DNA of 64,000 nucleotides from Candidatus Babeliales bacterium (GTDB lineage Bacteria; Babelota; Babeliae; Babelales; JANWKD01): NCBI GenBank assembly GCA_963722255.1, contig CAVRJO010000002.1, positions 648,467 to 712,466 of the forward strand, read 5' to 3'. Shown piece by piece: positions 49,426 to 59,090 of this stretch (position 1 is its first letter; each line of letters starts with the position of its first letter). The notes under the pieces were generated by a model. It saw only the letters and a program-made list of their open reading frames with translations, ran no database searches and was not told where the DNA came from. The position numbers and the translations under genes were made by a program.

Positions 49426-50490
49426 ATGATATATCATATAGCATTATACCTAAAAAACTCCGTCTCATTTTTCAATGTCTTTCATTATGTAAGCTTTCGG
49501 GCAATGGCAGCACTACTTACGTCGCTTCTATTTTCATTTATGTTTGGCAACTGGTTTATTGCTCAATCAAGACAGTTTTTTCGCTCTAAAGCGCGCGAAT
49601 TGACCCCTGAAAACCATAGAGCGAAAGACAATATGCCCACAATGGGCGGACTCTTTATTTTAACAACCGTATTTGTTTCATCACTTTTATGGTGCAATTT
49701 ATATCAACCGGAAGTATATATTTTCTTAAGCTGTTTAGCCGGTTTTGGCATTATAGGCTTTTTAGATGATTGGTATAAAATCAGAGTAAAAAAAGGAATA
49801 AGCGCTCGGCTTAAGTTTGGCATGCAGCTTGCCGTTGCAAGCTTGGTTGCACTCAGTATCTATAGTTACAGTCCTGAAAATACCCAAATCGCTCTACCTT
49901 TTTTCAAAAATATCAGTCTTGACCTAGGTTACTTTTTTATTATATGGGTGCTCTTTATTTTAGTAGGAACTAGCAATGCGGTAAATTTGACTGATGGTCT
50001 TGATGGCCTTGCTATAGGGTCTTTAATTCCAAATTTTGGGTTATTTTCTCTTATTTGCTATCTTGCAGGCCATTTTTCTTTAGCTCATTATCTTCATATT
50101 CCTTATGCCCATTCATCAGAAATTACCATTATTGGTTCAACCCTTCTGGGTGCCTCATTAGGCTTTTTATGGTATAACGCCTACCCAGCACAAATTTTTA
50201 TGGGAGACGTTGGATCATTGGCTCTTGGAAGTGGATTGGCTCTTATGGCAATCATGTCAAAACAAGAGCTTTTGTTGCCTATTTCGGGTGGCCTTTTTGT
50301 GGTTGAAGCCGTTTCTGTTATTGCCCAAGTAATTTCTTTTAAGCTTATTGGTAAACGCATCTTTAGAATGGCCCCGATTCATCATCATTTTGAACTTTTG
50401 GGATGGCAGGAATCAAAGATTACGGTGCGATTTGCTATTATTTCATTGATACTATGCCTGATTGCGCTTATGACCTTAAAAATTAGATAA
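49426..50490 (+). CDS. mraY: Phospho-N-acetylmuramoyl-pentapeptide transferase
   Basis: PTMGG, GFLDD, NAVNLTDGLDGLA, FMGDVGS, MAPIHHHFE. Confidence 0.97.
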   Translation: MIYHIALYLKNSVSFFNVFHYVSFRAMAALLTSLLFSFMFGNWFIAQSRQFFRSKARELTPENHRAKDNMPTMGGLFILTTVFVSSLLWCNLYQPEVYIFLSCLAGFGIIGFLDDWYKIRVKKGISARLKFGMQLAVASLVALSIYSYSPENTQIALPFFKNISLDLGYFFIIWVLFILVGTSNAVNLTDGLDGLAIGSLIPNFGLFSLICYLAGHFSLAHYLHIPYAHSSEITIIGSTLLGASLGFLWYNAYPAQIFMGDVGSLALGSGLALMAIMSKQELLLPISGGLFVVEAVSVIAQVISFKLIGKRIFRMAPIHHHFELLGWQESKITVRFAIISLILCLIALMTLKIR

Positions 50491-50492
50491 TC

Positions 50493-50526
50493 AAAAAAGG
50501 CCTCAGTTTCCCAAGGCCTTTTTTTT
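50493..50526. terminator. Bidirectional intrinsic terminator
   Basis: AAAAAAGGCCT-N10-AGGCCTTTTTTTT between convergent genes. Confidence 0.8.
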
Positions 50527-50551
50527 GAATATTTTAATAACTACTCGTTAA

Positions 50552-51187
50552 TTAGCTTGCTTTTGTAGCGACTGTTGCAAGTTTTTCAAGAGCTGGCTTA
50601 ACTGCTCCTGCTGCCGTTTCAACTGCTGGTTTAACTGTCGCTTTAGCTGCTTTTTGAACGACTTGAGCAATATTTTGAGATCCGAGCCATGAAGTCAACC
50701 CATCCATACACGCAATACCACCTAAAAAGTATCCCATTTTATTTGGCATACAATAATCTAAAAGAGCTATTGCACCCGCTGCAGCCAAACAGTATCCATT
50801 AAATTTTAAACCATTTTCGAGCAATTCATTGTTTCCTGTTACTTTGCAAATCTGAGTCATATAATGCTGGATTCTCCATGCTGATGTTAATGCTACCGTA
50901 ACAGCTCTTGCAACGGTAAAACCTAACCTCAAACCGCTCACACCAGTTTCTTCTTCTTCATCTTGTTCAGCTTTTTTCAAAGCTTCTGCTTTTTCTCTTT
51001 GCTCCATTTGCTGAGCCAATTGTGCTAATTGTTTTGATGTCATATTATGCAGATTTCCTGAATAATTAACCCCTTTAGGTACTTGGCTTTGTTGTTGTTG
51101 CCCTTGTTGCGGATTCATAGTTAATGCAGAACCAACTGTCAAAATAAGCGAACATAAAATCATTAATCTTTTTAATATTGTAACCAT
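50552..51187 (-). CDS. Secreted/membrane hypothetical protein, Gln-rich N-terminus
   Basis: Signal peptide ending SALT, then MNPQQGQQQQ; several hydrophobic helices. Confidence 0.7.
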   Translation of the reverse strand: MVTILKRLMILCSLILTVGSALTMNPQQGQQQQSQVPKGVNYSGNLHNMTSKQLAQLAQQMEQREKAEALKKAEQDEEEETGVSGLRLGFTVARAVTVALTSAWRIQHYMTQICKVTGNNELLENGLKFNGYCLAAAGAIALLDYCMPNKMGYFLGGIACMDGLTSWLGSQNIAQVVQKAAKATVKPAVETAAGAVKPALEKLATVATKAS

Positions 51188-51383
51188 ATTTAATCTCCAT
51201 TTTTTAATAAAACTAACCAATTACATACTCTAAGTTTACCTTATATATTCTATTTGTCAATAAAAATATTAGCTTTTTATAAAAATAATTTATTTTTTAG
51301 TCAATTTCAGAGAAAAAAGCAACAAATATACGTAAGGATCGCATATTTCGATTGATTTATAGTCAATTAATCGATCAAATCAA

Positions 51384-52271
51384 TTAATTCATGGTCTCGA
51401 CTGGATTAATGAGAGTAAAGGAATCCTTTGATTCCAGAAAGGCCTCAGCATAAAAAACCTTGCTGAGGTCAAAACAGTGCGGGAATAGGCTTTTTTCATC
51501 GCCATTGCCTTGGGTATATGAAAGGGTATCAGTTATCTTTTTGCTGTAACGGGGTATTATTCCTAGGCCTTCCATATCCTTATAAAGGCCATAAAGGGTA
51601 TTTAAAGCATATTGGGCATGCTCTTTGCCATTTGCTATATAAATCACCATAAGAGCCATGGCGCCTCCATCAACGCTTTTAGCCTCAAGAAGCTTTTTTA
51701 TCTCTTCTAAAGGCCATGAAAAATCTATAAGAGGCTGAAGCTTAAAGCTTGTTATTGATTCTTGCAATTGAGTGTCAGTTTTTAAAGTTACTATGAGTTT
51801 TTTTACCATGAGCTTATATTCATCAGCATTTTTTGGCATTGCATGAATTTTATAACAGCTTGCACATAGTTTCTTGGCTTTCTCTAGTTTGTTTTTTGAA
51901 AGATCATTAGCACAGTTCCATACGCACGCGAGTGATTCTTCTTTAAGGCGCTCTTGGCAATCTAGGATTTCTTGAAGACGATACTCTTTTCTAACTCCTT
52001 TAAAAAGAGACCCTCTTACTTCTACATAATTTGTAGACTCTAATGTTGCATGAACCATTTCTTGATCTAATTCAGCATTTATTAAAGCATCATTGACCCA
52101 CTGGTACAAGTCTTCTTCAGTCACACCATGAGGATTTAGATATAAAAATTCAATATCGAGTTTTTTTAAAAGTAGTTCTAATGCATGCTCTCGTGATTTT
52201 TCTTCCATCGCCAAAAGTGAAGTTGTATAAAAAAAATAAATGAAAAAGTACCAATAATAAGAGCCTCTCAT
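51384..52271 (-). CDS. Secreted hypothetical protein
   Basis: Aromatic-rich signal ending SLLA, then MEEK. Confidence 0.65.
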   Translation of the reverse strand: MRGSYYWYFFIYFFYTTSLLAMEEKSREHALELLLKKLDIEFLYLNPHGVTEEDLYQWVNDALINAELDQEMVHATLESTNYVEVRGSLFKGVRKEYRLQEILDCQERLKEESLACVWNCANDLSKNKLEKAKKLCASCYKIHAMPKNADEYKLMVKKLIVTLKTDTQLQESITSFKLQPLIDFSWPLEEIKKLLEAKSVDGGAMALMVIYIANGKEHAQYALNTLYGLYKDMEGLGIIPRYSKKITDTLSYTQGNGDEKSLFPHCFDLSKVFYAEAFLESKDSFTLINPVETMN

Positions 52272-52291
52272 TTCATTCCTTTTTCACTTAA

Positions 52292-53308
52292 TTATGATTC
52301 CTTTACAACATCCTTTGCAGCTTTATCATTGCGCAAACCTTTGTAACGACCGACGCGAAGCTTTCCGGCATTAGTCCACTGGGCAAATTGAAATTCCGCA
52401 ACAAGCGTAGGCTTCACCCAATGAACCCTCACTAAATGGCCGTCATAATCACTAAACGGACACTTTTTTATTTCCAATCGCTGTAACTTTTTACCCAAAA
52501 GCGCAAGCGTTTCTTGTGTATACCCGGTGCCAACCTTTCCTGCATAATGGAAAACTCCTTTTTTATCATAATAACCCACAAGTAAAGCACCAAAGTAAGA
52601 TCGTGATCCCTGAGGTTCTGTATAACCACCAATAACCAACTCTTGCCCCATACTGCATTTGAATTTTAACCAATTTCTAGACCTTTTGCTTTCATAGGGG
52701 CTATCAGCTCGTTTTGCCATGACCCCTTCCCAACCAAGCTTGCAGGCTTTTTTAAAGAGCAAAACCCCATTTCCAATAGTATGCTCACTAAAGGTAAGCA
52801 TCTTTGTGAACCTTACTAGCTTTTTTAAAACATCTTTACGGGCATAAAGAGGCAATTGAGTAAGTAAATATCCATCAGCATACAAAAGATCAAAAATACG
52901 ATAATAGATTGGAACCTGTTTTTTCATTGAACTTATATCTGAAAGGCTTTGTAAATTAATTCTTCCCTGCAACAGTTCGAAATCTGAAATTCCTTTTTTA
53001 TTGAGCGCTACAATTTCGCCATCAATAATAAAATTATCGGCTTTTAATTTTTCAAGCGCTACTACTAACTCAGGATATTCATCATTTATCAATTTATCAT
53101 TGCGAGACATGAGACGAACTTTACCATTTTTTTTAAATGCTAGACACCGCTCACCATCAAATTTATGCTCATAAAACCATTCATCGCTTGAAAAATAATC
53201 ATGAGTAAGTACTGCAAGCATTGGCTTAATAAAGTGAGGTTGTGCTAATTTTTTTCGTTTTTTTAATATCGTTTCAGAAAGTCCTGAAAAGAGAGTAGAA
53301 TTTTTCAT
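52292..53308 (-). CDS. ATP-dependent DNA ligase (LigD ligase domain, stand-alone)
   Basis: EHKFDGER, IDGEIV, FDLLY, EGVMAK, WLKFK, GKVGTGY, GLRNDK. Confidence 0.92.
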   Translation of the reverse strand: MKNSTLFSGLSETILKKRKKLAQPHFIKPMLAVLTHDYFSSDEWFYEHKFDGERCLAFKKNGKVRLMSRNDKLINDEYPELVVALEKLKADNFIIDGEIVALNKKGISDFELLQGRINLQSLSDISSMKKQVPIYYRIFDLLYADGYLLTQLPLYARKDVLKKLVRFTKMLTFSEHTIGNGVLLFKKACKLGWEGVMAKRADSPYESKRSRNWLKFKCSMGQELVIGGYTEPQGSRSYFGALLVGYYDKKGVFHYAGKVGTGYTQETLALLGKKLQRLEIKKCPFSDYDGHLVRVHWVKPTLVAEFQFAQWTNAGKLRVGRYKGLRNDKAAKDVVKES

Positions 53309-53440
53309 AGAATACTCATTGGTTATTAACTATACTAAAAAAAAGCTTAAAAAAAAGGCGTACAATGAAGCAATATAAATTTTTGCATTTTCATAGTAGA
53401 TCAATAAATGATTAAATAATTTCCTTAATAAAGGCAACTC

Positions 53441-54307
53441 ATGAACTCAATAAAAAAATTATATGTTTGGCTCAGAAGGCCTCATAAATCACAACTCGCT
53501 CAATATATTGAAACGATCATTATTTTTGTTCCCTTAGTTTTTTTTATTCGCACCTATTTCTTCGGGTTGTATCAAGTTCCAACCGGCTCAATGGAAACTA
53601 CAATGCTTGTTGGAGAACGGTTTTTTGCTGATAAATTAACACTCCATTTCAAAGGTCTTCAGCATGGAGATATTATTGCAATCAATGATCCAACCTTTAT
53701 CTATTCAAACAACTATCTTATAAATTTACTTCAACGTTATGTATATGGCCCCACAAATTGGACAAAACGTATCATTGGTTTACCTGGAGATCATATTCAA
53801 GGCAAAATTGAAGATGGCAAACCGGTCGTGTATCGAAATGGCGATAAGCTTAATGAGCCCTACTTAAATAAGTTTCCTCTCATCATGCTCTATGAAGATG
53901 GAAAATTAACTCCTCGTTCATACGATGACCATTATTCTTTTGAAAATCAACCATTTTATCGCATGAATGCAAAGGAAGTTATACTTGGGCAAAAAGTAGC
54001 CGCACAGTATGACGAAGAACCACTACTTTTACCCGACACTCCCACCTATTCAAATAATCGTAACGTCGATGAGTTTGATATTCATTTAGGTCCTACTCAA
54101 ATTTGGGCAATGGGAGACAATCGCAAAGGAAGCGCAGATTCGCGCATGTTTGGACCATTTGATATAAAGCTTGTTCATGGCAAAATAATCTTTTGTTTAT
54201 ACTCACTCGATAGCCCTGATTCATGGTTTATCTTTGATCTTATAAAACATCCAATAGATTTTTGGAAACGAGTACGTTGGAATAGATGTTTGCAATCTAT
54301 TAGTTAA
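53441..54307 (+). CDS. lepB: Signal peptidase I
   Basis: VPTGSMETT (Ser), KRIIGLPGD (Lys), MGDNR..SADSR. Confidence 0.95.
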   Translation: MNSIKKLYVWLRRPHKSQLAQYIETIIIFVPLVFFIRTYFFGLYQVPTGSMETTMLVGERFFADKLTLHFKGLQHGDIIAINDPTFIYSNNYLINLLQRYVYGPTNWTKRIIGLPGDHIQGKIEDGKPVVYRNGDKLNEPYLNKFPLIMLYEDGKLTPRSYDDHYSFENQPFYRMNAKEVILGQKVAAQYDEEPLLLPDTPTYSNNRNVDEFDIHLGPTQIWAMGDNRKGSADSRMFGPFDIKLVHGKIIFCLYSLDSPDSWFIFDLIKHPIDFWKRVRWNRCLQSIS

Positions 54308-54350
54308 AAGAGTTACTGTTTCCAAATAGTTTTTTTAGATCGAATTCTCA

Positions 54351-55229
54351 CTAAGATACAAGACAACTGCTGCCGATTGCACTTTCGTTTTTTACGTCGG
54401 ATTCACCTTTTCTGATATCAAAATAGTGCACGACACCATCAATCCCCGAATAAGCAATTGTAGTATCATCTGATGAACATGCAAGAGATCCGGCATAACT
54501 ATTGATATGATTTTGTATAATTTTGCCAGAAGAGATATCCCATAATTTGATCCCTTCACGAGCACACTGTGTACTTGAAATAAGAGTTTTAGTATCTGAT
54601 GAAAAAGCCAGTGCGGCAATTTCACTCGTATCTATAAATAGATTCGTTTCTTGTCCAGTACTAACATCAAAAATTTTTATAATTTGTCCTGTGCCACCCG
54701 TAGCACAAAAATTGGTACCGTTTGAAAGGGCAAGAGCTACTATTGTATCATCCTTAGAAGCTTCAAAAGTTTTTACACATTCACGTTTTTCTATATTCCA
54801 TAATATAGGACTTTGAAATTCAATATCATCTGTATGCAGACAAAAAACTCCATCATCTGAACAGGCATTTGCATAAGTTCCCTTAAAACAGTCCTTTAAT
54901 TCTTGGGTAGATTCACCCGTTATAATATTCCAAACTTTTATCGTCATTGAACAAGGAGAAGCGCCTATAGTTGCAATAAGATGGACATTGTCTTTAAAAA
55001 ATTTTACAGAGCTGGCAACATCCTCATTTTTAAATTCATGGGTATATTTTTTTTGCTCAATATCCCAAATTGCTACTTTAAAATCTTGCCCCATTGCAAT
55101 TCGTTTTCCATCAGGAGAATAGTCTAGAGAGGCAATAATCCCATCATTTTCCTGTTTGCTTGGCTCTTCATCCATGCTTTTACTAGCAAAAATTAATAAA
55201 CAGATGCTTAATAAGAAATACTGTTTCAT
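54351..55229 (-). CDS. Secreted WD40-repeat protein ending in CaaX (CLVS)
   Basis: YSPDGK, VAIWD, IKVWN, IKIFD, IKLWD. Confidence 0.88.
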   Translation of the reverse strand: MKQYFLLSICLLIFASKSMDEEPSKQENDGIIASLDYSPDGKRIAMGQDFKVAIWDIEQKKYTHEFKNEDVASSVKFFKDNVHLIATIGASPCSMTIKVWNIITGESTQELKDCFKGTYANACSDDGVFCLHTDDIEFQSPILWNIEKRECVKTFEASKDDTIVALALSNGTNFCATGGTGQIIKIFDVSTGQETNLFIDTSEIAALAFSSDTKTLISSTQCAREGIKLWDISSGKIIQNHINSYAGSLACSSDDTTIAYSGIDGVVHYFDIRKGESDVKNESAIGSSCLVS

Positions 55230-55332
55230 ATTCTTCCTTCTTTTATTTTTTGGTTTCTAAATCTGTGCTAGCAAAGTAAAAATTAGTTTTTTTGTCAATA
55301 TAAAAAGACAAATCTTAAGCCCGTAAATTTAT

Positions 55333-55599
55333 TTATTCCCATCCTGGTAGTTGACCACCGGTACAAAAATAGCAACATAAAAAACATAAGCCGGCAGAAG
55401 TTTTACAACATACCATGCAAAACTTTGGGCATGATTCGCAGCAAGCTTTTGTACTGTTACAACAAGAAGACTCACTCATCTCTTTTTTCTTTGACAAACT
55501 TTCCATCCCAGTATTCATTTCCAATTTTTCTTTATTCATAGTATTAATAACATTCATTGATCCCAACGAAATCGCAACTAACAGTATGTAATAGTTCAT
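55333..55599 (-). CDS. Small secreted Cys-rich protein
   Basis: Signal peptide; CC..CC..C..C..CC...C..CC..C cluster. Confidence 0.65.
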   Translation of the reverse strand: MNYYILLVAISLGSMNVINTMNKEKLEMNTGMESLSKKKEMSESSCCNSTKACCESCPKFCMVCCKTSAGLCFLCCYFCTGGQLPGWE

Positions 55600-55686
55600 T
55601 ATAATCCTATATTAAAAGTGTAAAAAAATATTCATTCATTATAAACAAAAAAGGATACGGGTAAAAACTAGCCTCCACAAAAAATC

Positions 55687-56860
55687 CTTAACACCTGACA
55701 AAATTTAACACTCATCAAAGACTCTGTTTTGCAAAAAGTGTATACTTTGTGAAAAACAAAGGAGTAAATAAGGTGAGAATGATGGGTGGATCAATAATAC
55801 ACTTGGCAAAAGTTATCGAAGAAGATTTAGCAGAGAGAGATATACGTTTAAGCAAGCCACAAAGGATAGGTTTGGCAGATTTAGCAGCATCAGTAATAAC
55901 ATGTCGCAATGTTAACACATCAGAATTAGCAACAGTGCTGCCAAGAAAAGTCAAAAGTGATGAGGAGCGTTATCGCTATATTAATCGTTGGCTTGCCAAT
56001 GATAAAATTGATTGTGATACGTTACTAGAAGGCTTTATCCCTGAATTAATAGAACTTATACATGCAAATGGCCAGATCATTGTTTTATCAATGGATCAAA
56101 GTCAAATCAATAAAGAATTTGAATGTCTTATGGTTTCATTGCGAATTGGAGAACGTGCTATTCCTGTTGCATGGCGAGTAATTAAAACGCAAGGAGAAAT
56201 TGGCTTTACCATTCAAAAACAACTGCTTGAGGCGGTGTTTGCTAACATACCAAGCTATGCAAAAATTATTTTAATGGCGGATAGATTCTATGGGAATCCT
56301 GCGCTTATCCAATTATGTCAAAGTTTCAAATGGCGATACCGCATTCGCTTGAAAGGTAATCTTATTCTTTTTCATCATGGTGGGGAATTGAGTTCTGGCG
56401 AGCTTATCAGATTAAAACAAACATCGTTGTGCAATGTTCAGTTGAATAATTCTGGCGTTACAACTAACATTGGTGCACTACAAGATGAAGGCAAAGATGA
56501 ACCTTGGATCATTGCTATGGATTGTGTTCCTACCGAATATAAAGTTCTTGATTATGGCATGCGATGGTCTATTGAGCCTATGTTCTCAGACTTTAAATCA
56601 AGAGGCTTTGATATCACTACTACTCAGTTACGCCATGCAGAACGAATAGAACGTCTTATTCTTGTTTTAAGTGTTGCTTATTATTGGGCTGTTTCCACCG
56701 GCATGCAGCCAGATCTTGAGCGTGCAAAACGTTCTAAAAAAAACTGCGCGCAGTTTAACTTCCTTTTTCAAAAAAGGTATTCGCTTTCTTCTGAAAGCCG
56801 CACTGTCATTGCTGGAAATTCCCCCTTTATGGCTTACTTTTAAAATTGTCAGGTGTTAAG
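55687..56860 (+). mobile_element. IS4-family-like insertion sequence
   Basis: TIRs CTTAACACCTGACAA / TTGTCAGGTGTTAAG; 9-bp target duplication CAAAAAATC at 55678-55686 and 56861-56869. Confidence 0.92.
55749..56843 (+). CDS. IS4-like DDE transposase
   Basis: SMDQS, MADRFYG, YGMRWSIEPMFSDFK (YREK-type motif). Confidence 0.9.
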   Translation: MKNKGVNKVRMMGGSIIHLAKVIEEDLAERDIRLSKPQRIGLADLAASVITCRNVNTSELATVLPRKVKSDEERYRYINRWLANDKIDCDTLLEGFIPELIELIHANGQIIVLSMDQSQINKEFECLMVSLRIGERAIPVAWRVIKTQGEIGFTIQKQLLEAVFANIPSYAKIILMADRFYGNPALIQLCQSFKWRYRIRLKGNLILFHHGGELSSGELIRLKQTSLCNVQLNNSGVTTNIGALQDEGKDEPWIIAMDCVPTEYKVLDYGMRWSIEPMFSDFKSRGFDITTTQLRHAERIERLILVLSVAYYWAVSTGMQPDLERAKRSKKNCAQFNFLFQKRYSLSSESRTVIAGNSPFMAYF

Positions 56861-57277
56861 CAAAAAATCTAAAAAATTAGACTTTTAATTTTTATTATGC
56901 CCATGAAATGGTGATGTCCAAATAAATCGAAGCATTATGATTGAATCTTTTTATCAATTTTAAATCTCTATAGTGATCTAACAAGAGCTATGCACGATTA
57001 AAAATATCTTTACTTTGTATAAAATCACGCTTTTATGATAATTCAAGCCCGTATTCATAAAATTCTTTTCAAATCCTCTTTTCTCCAAACCTACATACTG
57101 AAGTTTTGGTACGTTCTTATGACTTATGCTTCTGTCAATTCTTCTTGAATAGATAAATGTAAATAATTATTAATGATATATGTAAACCAATTTTATATTT
57201 TTTAAATTATTGACATACAAACAGCAAATAAAATTAATATTTCTATAGTCGAATCAAACCCATGAAAGGAATTTTAT

Positions 57278-57670
57278 ATGAATAGACAATCTTCTGCTCA
57301 AATAACTCATAACACATGGTTTATGTTAAAAATGACTTATGGCTTAGTCGCAATTATTGCAGGGGCTGATAAATTTTTTAATCTTATCGTTCATTGGGAA
57401 AAATATGTAAGTCCAATGGTTGCTGCTTATTTACCAATAAATATGCAATACTTTATGTATACCATTGGTATCGTTGAAATTGCTGTAGGGCTTTTAATTC
57501 TTTCTCAATATACACGACTTGGTGCTTATCTTATTGCAGCATGGCTTGGCATCATTGTTCTGAATCTTCTTTCAATGGGTACTTATTATGATATTGCGGT
57601 TCGCGATATTGTCATGATGATTGGAGCTTTAGCTTTGGCGCAATTAACGCTCATTCAAGAAAAAAAATAA
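57278..57670 (+). CDS. DoxX-like membrane protein
   Basis: AGADKFFN...WEKY, GIVEI, YDIAVRD; four TM helices. Confidence 0.8.
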   Translation: MNRQSSAQITHNTWFMLKMTYGLVAIIAGADKFFNLIVHWEKYVSPMVAAYLPINMQYFMYTIGIVEIAVGLLILSQYTRLGAYLIAAWLGIIVLNLLSMGTYYDIAVRDIVMMIGALALAQLTLIQEKK

Positions 57671-57684
57671 ACAGCATTATTCAC

Positions 57685-57702
57685 GGAGGGCATAAAGCCC
57701 TT
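57685..57702 (+). terminator. Putative terminator hairpin
   Basis: GGAGGGC-ATAAA-GCCCTT just after the DoxX-like gene. Confidence 0.4.
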
Positions 57703-57837
57703 CATGTATTCTATTTTTAACTACAATCAATCTTTACTTCAAAGTTCATGGTAGCTATATTCTTTATTGTTGCTATACTCAAAAATGTTTTTTATTTTGC
57801 ATAATTCTACTCACAATACATTAAACAGAAGCACTTT

Positions 57838-59001
57838 ATGAAATATAATTTCTTTTCAAAAGCAACAATTATTGCCTCTTTTTTCTTTAGTAGCATACTT
57901 CAATTAAATAATAATTTTTCAATGGAATTGGAAGACATTGATGATGACAATCCTATTAAGAAAGAATTTTTACAAAAAGAAAAGGTTCATTTATTAACTT
58001 ATAATCAAAAAAATTATAGATCTACCAAACAAGCAAAAAACAAAGATCTTATAACAACGGATGATGAATCAACGGTATCTTCATTTGACTATCCACCTGA
58101 AATAGTAGAAAAAATAGTATTAGAGCTTGTAATCGATAAGGACAAAGAAACGGTTCCTACTCTTTGTTATATTTTAATAATGAATCCTCCCTTATCAGAA
58201 AAAATATACACTCAAGTAAGAGATAAAATTTCTGTGTATCATGCTTTATATGTCATTAAAAAAATGGAACAATGCAAAACTTCTACTCAACGAATTGCGC
58301 TAAGAGAAATTGCTTGCTCTGCAAATCATGGTTTCACCTATTGGGATGATCTTCCTAACTATTCATTCTGGGGCATGGGACTTGATTTAAAAAGAAATAT
58401 AAGAAAAGAAGTTAAAGGCTACATTGAAAATAGTAAGCAAAAAGCTGATGATTTAGATAAAAAATTACCAGACTTTTTTGATGAATTAGCAGATTCGTAT
58501 GAATCTATTCAGGAACAGATAGTTGACGATGAGCCAATTGCAGAATTTGAAGAAATAGATGCATCTAATAAAGAACGCCATCAACTAATCAAAAAATATT
58601 TTATTACTCGATCTTTATTTCTCAATGATGCTCATTGTTTGGAAGGAAAATTCAGAGAAAAAATTAACAAAGCATTCAAAGCTTTTACGCTTCTGCGTTA
58701 TTGCGCACCGCTTCATTGTTGTACAAGCGGAGTATCCTTATGTGCAATAGGTAGCATATTACAAAATTGCCCAATTATATTTGCTGGTTTTGGTGGACTA
58801 GCATTAGGGGTTCTACTATGCAGTTGTTGTTGTTGTTGTGAAGATTGGTCTGATTGGGCAATTTGTGAAGAATATTGCTGTAACGCACCAAAGATTGATT
58901 ATTGGGAAAATTTCGCCGGTATACCTAATACACAAAAATATGTAACTCTTGCTCAAAAAGAATTTACCAATTTATCAATACAAAGAAAAAAAGATTCTTA
59001 A
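57838..59001 (+). CDS. Secreted protein with F-box-like motif, C-terminal TM hairpin and Cys string
   Basis: FDYPPEIVEKIVLEL; GGLALGVLLCSCCCCCED. Confidence 0.7.
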   Translation: MKYNFFSKATIIASFFFSSILQLNNNFSMELEDIDDDNPIKKEFLQKEKVHLLTYNQKNYRSTKQAKNKDLITTDDESTVSSFDYPPEIVEKIVLELVIDKDKETVPTLCYILIMNPPLSEKIYTQVRDKISVYHALYVIKKMEQCKTSTQRIALREIACSANHGFTYWDDLPNYSFWGMGLDLKRNIRKEVKGYIENSKQKADDLDKKLPDFFDELADSYESIQEQIVDDEPIAEFEEIDASNKERHQLIKKYFITRSLFLNDAHCLEGKFREKINKAFKAFTLLRYCAPLHCCTSGVSLCAIGSILQNCPIIFAGFGGLALGVLLCSCCCCCEDWSDWAICEEYCCNAPKIDYWENFAGIPNTQKYVTLAQKEFTNLSIQRKKDS

Positions 59002-59090
59002 CTTTATTGAAAATCAAATAACCCTTCTCTACTTATTTAGACTAAATACCATCATTTTTATATGGAGGGCAAAAACCCTCCAATTATTCA

